This document shows, piece after piece, positions 60,654-64,000 of a stretch of DNA of 64,000 nucleotides. The stretch spans positions 1,344,001-1,408,000 of the forward strand of contig OY970208.1 of NCBI GenBank assembly GCA_963713865.1. Reading direction: 5' to 3'. The stretch's first letter is position 1, and each line of letters opens with the position of its first letter. This DNA is from an uncultured candidate division Zixibacteria bacterium (GTDB lineage: Bacteria > Zixibacteria > MSB-5A5 > RBG-16-43-9). The position numbers and the translations under genes are program-made. The notes under the pieces are model-generated. The model made no database searches. It saw nothing but the letters and a program-made list of their open reading frames with translations, and was not told where the DNA came from.

Positions 60654-60816
60654 GTCATTCCGAGGACGACGAAACAATCCCTATAGGGTAAACGGATTGC
60701 TTCGTCCGCCTCTGGCGAGACTCGCAATGACAGCCAAAACACATCGGGCTCACGTATCCGTTGAGTCACCTGACCTAATAGTAGATGAGTTGAGACGCAT
60801 AACTATGCGTCTCTAC
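60654..60816. repeat. GTCATT..GATTGCTTCG..CTCGCAATGAC palindromic element plus a REP
   Basis: Long imperfect palindrome 60654-60731; gagacgcat..atgcgtctctac 60792-60816. Confidence 0.75.
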
Positions 60817-60836
60817 AAGTACTAATAAAAAATAAA

Positions 60837-61439
60837 ATGAGAATAATTTTAGCTACCCGGAATCAACATAAAATAAAAGAGATAAAAAAGATTCTGGCAA
60901 ACCAACAAATAGAGATTCTGACCTTGGAAGATTTTCCAGATATGCCTGAAGTTAAGGAGACAGGAAAGACTTTAGAAGAGAATGCTGTCCTTAAAGCAAA
61001 ATCTGTTTTTAATGCAACTGGAATACCTGCCTTAGCAGATGATTCAGGTCTGGAAGTTGATGCTTTGGATGGTGCGCCGGGGGTTATGTCTGCAAGGTTT
61101 GCCGGTCCGGGATGCAGTTACGAAGATAATAATCTGAAACTCTTAGGTTTGTTGAAAGGAATCCCGGATGAAAGAAGAGGGGCGAGTTTTAGATGTGTGA
61201 TGGCTCTGGTTTTAAATCCAGATAATATAAGGATATTAGAGGGTAGAGTAAGAGGAGTTATTACCCAAAATGAAATCGGGGAAAACGGATTTGGTTATGA
61301 CCCGGTTTTCTTTTTTCCGGAATTGGGTAAAACCTTTGCCCAGCTTGAACCCGAGGAGAAGAACAGAATCAGCCACAGGGGGATAGCTTTAAGAAAAGCG
61401 AAGGAATTGATAAAAAGAAAAATGACGGATAGCGGATGA
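60837..61439 (+). CDS. rdgB: XTP/dITP diphosphatase (Ham1 family)
   Basis: ATRNQHK, ADDSGL, GFGYDP, SHRG. Confidence 0.95.
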   Translation: MRIILATRNQHKIKEIKKILANQQIEILTLEDFPDMPEVKETGKTLEENAVLKAKSVFNATGIPALADDSGLEVDALDGAPGVMSARFAGPGCSYEDNNLKLLGLLKGIPDERRGASFRCVMALVLNPDNIRILEGRVRGVITQNEIGENGFGYDPVFFFPELGKTFAQLEPEEKNRISHRGIALRKAKELIKRKMTDSG

Positions 61440-61580
61440 CGGATAAAGAATAAAAATAATATCCTCTGGAGTGTAAAGCCTCAAGATCTTATCCACGGGA
61501 TCCTGGTGAAAACTTTAGCTTTACGTTTTTGTTTTAAATAAATAATAAGTGCACGACATGCCGTGCTCCTACTTTTTGGG

Positions 61581-61608
61581 TTGACTAAAAATCAAAAAAG
61601 AGTATATT
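61581..61608 (+). promoter_or_regulatory. Sigma70-like promoter
   Basis: TTGACT-16-TATATT. Confidence 0.5.
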
Positions 61609-61687
61609 TAGTAATTGAGGGGAGAGGAATATAAATTAAGTATCCGAAGGGAAAAGTCGATTTTCTTAATAAAAAAAGGAGAAAATT

Positions 61688-64000
61688 ATGAAAAAGATAA
61701 GCACAGTCCAAAGGGTCCAACTTCGGATTATTTTCTTTGTCTTTCTGTGGATACTATTTTCCTTTTCAGTTATCTGGTCAAACGGGATTAACAAATCATC
61801 TTTTTACCAGGCTCTTTTAGAGGAAAGGGTAAATTTGGGTGACTCTGGATATACTTCTCAAGAAATCTTGCAACAGAGGCTGAGTAAAGATGATTTTCTG
61901 GTCAGGTCGTCTAACTTTATCTCCGGAATTCATTTTTCACCTTCGCTTAAAGCTTCCTATCTGTTAGGAGATTTCAGAGTAAATGAGGAGAATTATCCGG
62001 CAACCTTTTCTCAGAGAAAGCCAGATTTAGCTTTGTTTAAAGATGGCAGTTTTGTCTCGGTGTGGGAGGATGAGAGGAATGGTGATAAGGATATATTCTG
62101 CCAGAAAGTTAACTCCGTAGGTGGAATAACAGAGTCAAATCTTAAATTAGTTGCAGATGATCTTCATACTGACCAGTTAGAACCATCCATCTGCAGGTCT
62201 TTAGATAGCAATCTAATCCTGGTATGGGTAGATGGGACTGAGCTGAATATCTACGGAAGAAGGTATCTTCCTAACCTTTCGCCTTCAGGGGATACTTTCA
62301 GAGTAAATGATAGTCTGATTCCAAATAGTGCCTGGGAACCGGAGATTGAGTCTTTTACAGATGGGAGTTTTTTGGTGGTATGGGTAGATGTTAGTTCCGG
62401 GAATAATCTCTATGCCAGAAGATATGACTCCTCCGGGAACCCCTGGGGTCCCAGTTTTAAAGTTAATACGGTGGAAGGGATTGCACCTCCAAAATCACCT
62501 TCAGCCTCTTTTGATAAAAATGGCAGATTCGTAATTGGCTGGGAGGATTACAGAAACTTAGATGCGGATATATATTTTCAGAGATATGATTCCTCTGGTA
62601 CTCCTTCAGGTTCCAATGTCTTAGCTAATGTAGATTCGTTGAGCGAGGATCAATATTACTCTTCAGTAACCAAGATACCGAAGGGCGATTTTATGGTAAC
62701 CTGGGTGGATACCAGGGGCAGTAAAATAGATATCTATGCCCGACTGTTTGACTTTTCTGGAAATCCGAAAACTACCCGATTTAAAATTAATTCAGATGAT
62801 GGGTCAGCTCAGCACTGGGAACCAGATATTGATGCAGATTCGAATGGTAACTATCTGGTTGCCTGGGGAGATAACAGGAATGAACCATCAATTTTCTTTC
62901 AGAAATTTGATTCCACTGGTGCAATGGTTGGATCAAATATAAAGTTAAGTCAGGACGGAGTCTCTGGGTTTAAAGATGATCCGGCATTATCTGTTAAGGA
63001 AAACGGTGATTTTGACGTGGTCTGGAGCGACCACAGGGGTAAAAGCTATGACATCTATTCTCAGAAAGTTTTGGATGGGATTCTTTCCGGGATAAATTTT
63101 ATGCTGAATGATGATTTAGAGGGAGCCATACAGAAAGAACCAGCCATAACTGAAGATTTAGACAAGAATTTCATTATCACCTGGACAGACCAGAGAAACG
63201 GAAACGATGATATCTATATTAAGAAATTCGCTCGGTTCGGAGATTTAATCTTTTCTGAACGTAGAGTTAATACTAATACTTCTTCCTCTCCCTGTGCCCA
63301 ACCGGATTTAGCTATAGATGGTTCCAGAAACATATTAGTTGTCTGGCAGGATTCCAGAGATGGTTTGAATATATATGCCCAAGGATACGATCCCTCTGGC
63401 AATTCATTAGATACAAATTTTAAAGTGAATAACTCTACAGGTACCATTCTGCACAATTCTCCTGCCTGTGCTAAAGCTTATGACGGGAAAGGGGTGGTGG
63501 TCTGGTCTGCTGCCCTATCCGGGGTCAAGAATATTTACGCTCAGCGCCTTAGCAGTTCTGGTACACTGGTAGATACCAGTTTTAAAGTGAATGATGACCT
63601 GCAGGCTGTAGATCATTTAAGCCCAAAAGTTGGAATGGACAGCATCGGGAATTTCACAGTTGCCTGGTATGACCGGAGAGATTCAGAGGAAAGAATTTAT
63701 TTACAAAGGTACAATTCTTCAGGTGTTAAAATCGGATCTAACTTTGCATCTTTTTGCGATTCTTTAAATCCGATTCAGAGAGAATTCGATTTAGCTATGA
63801 ACAGTAAGGGGAATATGGTACTTAGCTGGACTCAACTGGATGGAGATAAGATAAATCTATATGCCCAGAGATATTCAAGTTCGGGTTCTATTTTAGGTAA
63901 TAATTTTCTGGTGAATGATTTTTCCGGGATCCCTGAAGCTCCTTCGGTTTCAATAGATGATGATACTTTTTTCGTTGTCGTATGGACAGATTATCGTACC
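61688..64000 (+). CDS. Large secreted beta-propeller-like repeat protein (3'-partial, absent from the ORF track)
   Basis: GGAG RBS, ATG 61688, signal-like N-terminus, appears open to the window end; about 13 repeats of P.I...G.F.V.W.D.R.G..DIY.QRY. Confidence 0.88.
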   Translation, partial: MKKISTVQRVQLRIIFFVFLWILFSFSVIWSNGINKSSFYQALLEERVNLGDSGYTSQEILQQRLSKDDFLVRSSNFISGIHFSPSLKASYLLGDFRVNEENYPATFSQRKPDLALFKDGSFVSVWEDERNGDKDIFCQKVNSVGGITESNLKLVADDLHTDQLEPSICRSLDSNLILVWVDGTELNIYGRRYLPNLSPSGDTFRVNDSLIPNSAWEPEIESFTDGSFLVVWVDVSSGNNLYARRYDSSGNPWGPSFKVNTVEGIAPPKSPSASFDKNGRFVIGWEDYRNLDADIYFQRYDSSGTPSGSNVLANVDSLSEDQYYSSVTKIPKGDFMVTWVDTRGSKIDIYARLFDFSGNPKTTRFKINSDDGSAQHWEPDIDADSNGNYLVAWGDNRNEPSIFFQKFDSTGAMVGSNIKLSQDGVSGFKDDPALSVKENGDFDVVWSDHRGKSYDIYSQKVLDGILSGINFMLNDDLEGAIQKEPAITEDLDKNFIITWTDQRNGNDDIYIKKFARFGDLIFSERRVNTNTSSSPCAQPDLAIDGSRNILVVWQDSRDGLNIYAQGYDPSGNSLDTNFKVNNSTGTILHNSPACAKAYDGKGVVVWSAALSGVKNIYAQRLSSSGTLVDTSFKVNDDLQAVDHLSPKVGMDSIGNFTVAWYDRRDSEERIYLQRYNSSGVKIGSNFASFCDSLNPIQREFDLAMNSKGNMVLSWTQLDGDKINLYAQRYSSSGSILGNNFLVNDFSGIPEAPSVSIDDDTFFVVVWTDYRT

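Noticed and set aside
62736-63456. Short ORFs 62736-62942 (+) and 63214-63456 (-)
   Set aside because: Shadows of the long frame starting at 61688

Overview
AT-rich bacterial chromosomal window, probably FCB-superphylum and Zixibacteria-like. This is an inference from the FCB-type SecA insertion, the IPTL-CTERM protein and the gene order. Most genes are housekeeping: a Rex-box-preceded hbd-ackA-lipoprotein-nfnAB fermentation/electron-bifurcation operon; HNH-trpS-scpAB-cmk-plsC-ispH-rpsA; secA; an FMN-riboswitch-controlled ribD-ribE-ribBA-ribH-nusB operon; accA-EIIA-mreCD-mrdA-rodA-lgt-comF; smpB-amidase-murI-rdgB; and a large secreted beta-propeller-repeat ORF running off the right end. Highlights: (1) a selenoprotein missed by the ORF track, a two-domain thioredoxin-fold oxidoreductase with UPYC and a SECIS-like hairpin; (2) a dense set of GTAG/GTC-type palindromic repeats with empty, filled and nested versions, copies inside a riboswitch and in frame inside two proteins, and copies bracketing four small accessory genes after secA; (3) a 17-kb modular glycosylation locus with three GT-C-type enzymes, including a TMEM260/DUF2723 homologue; (4) a structured leader with duplicated SD/mini-ORF modules before an IPTL-CTERM gene; (5) smaller oddities: a CTG start for nfnA, a Cys4 insert in SecA, a His-less GAF pseudokinase, and two +1 frameshifts at the same CCAGAAC motif. 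No rRNA, tRNA, CRISPR array or transposase was seen.
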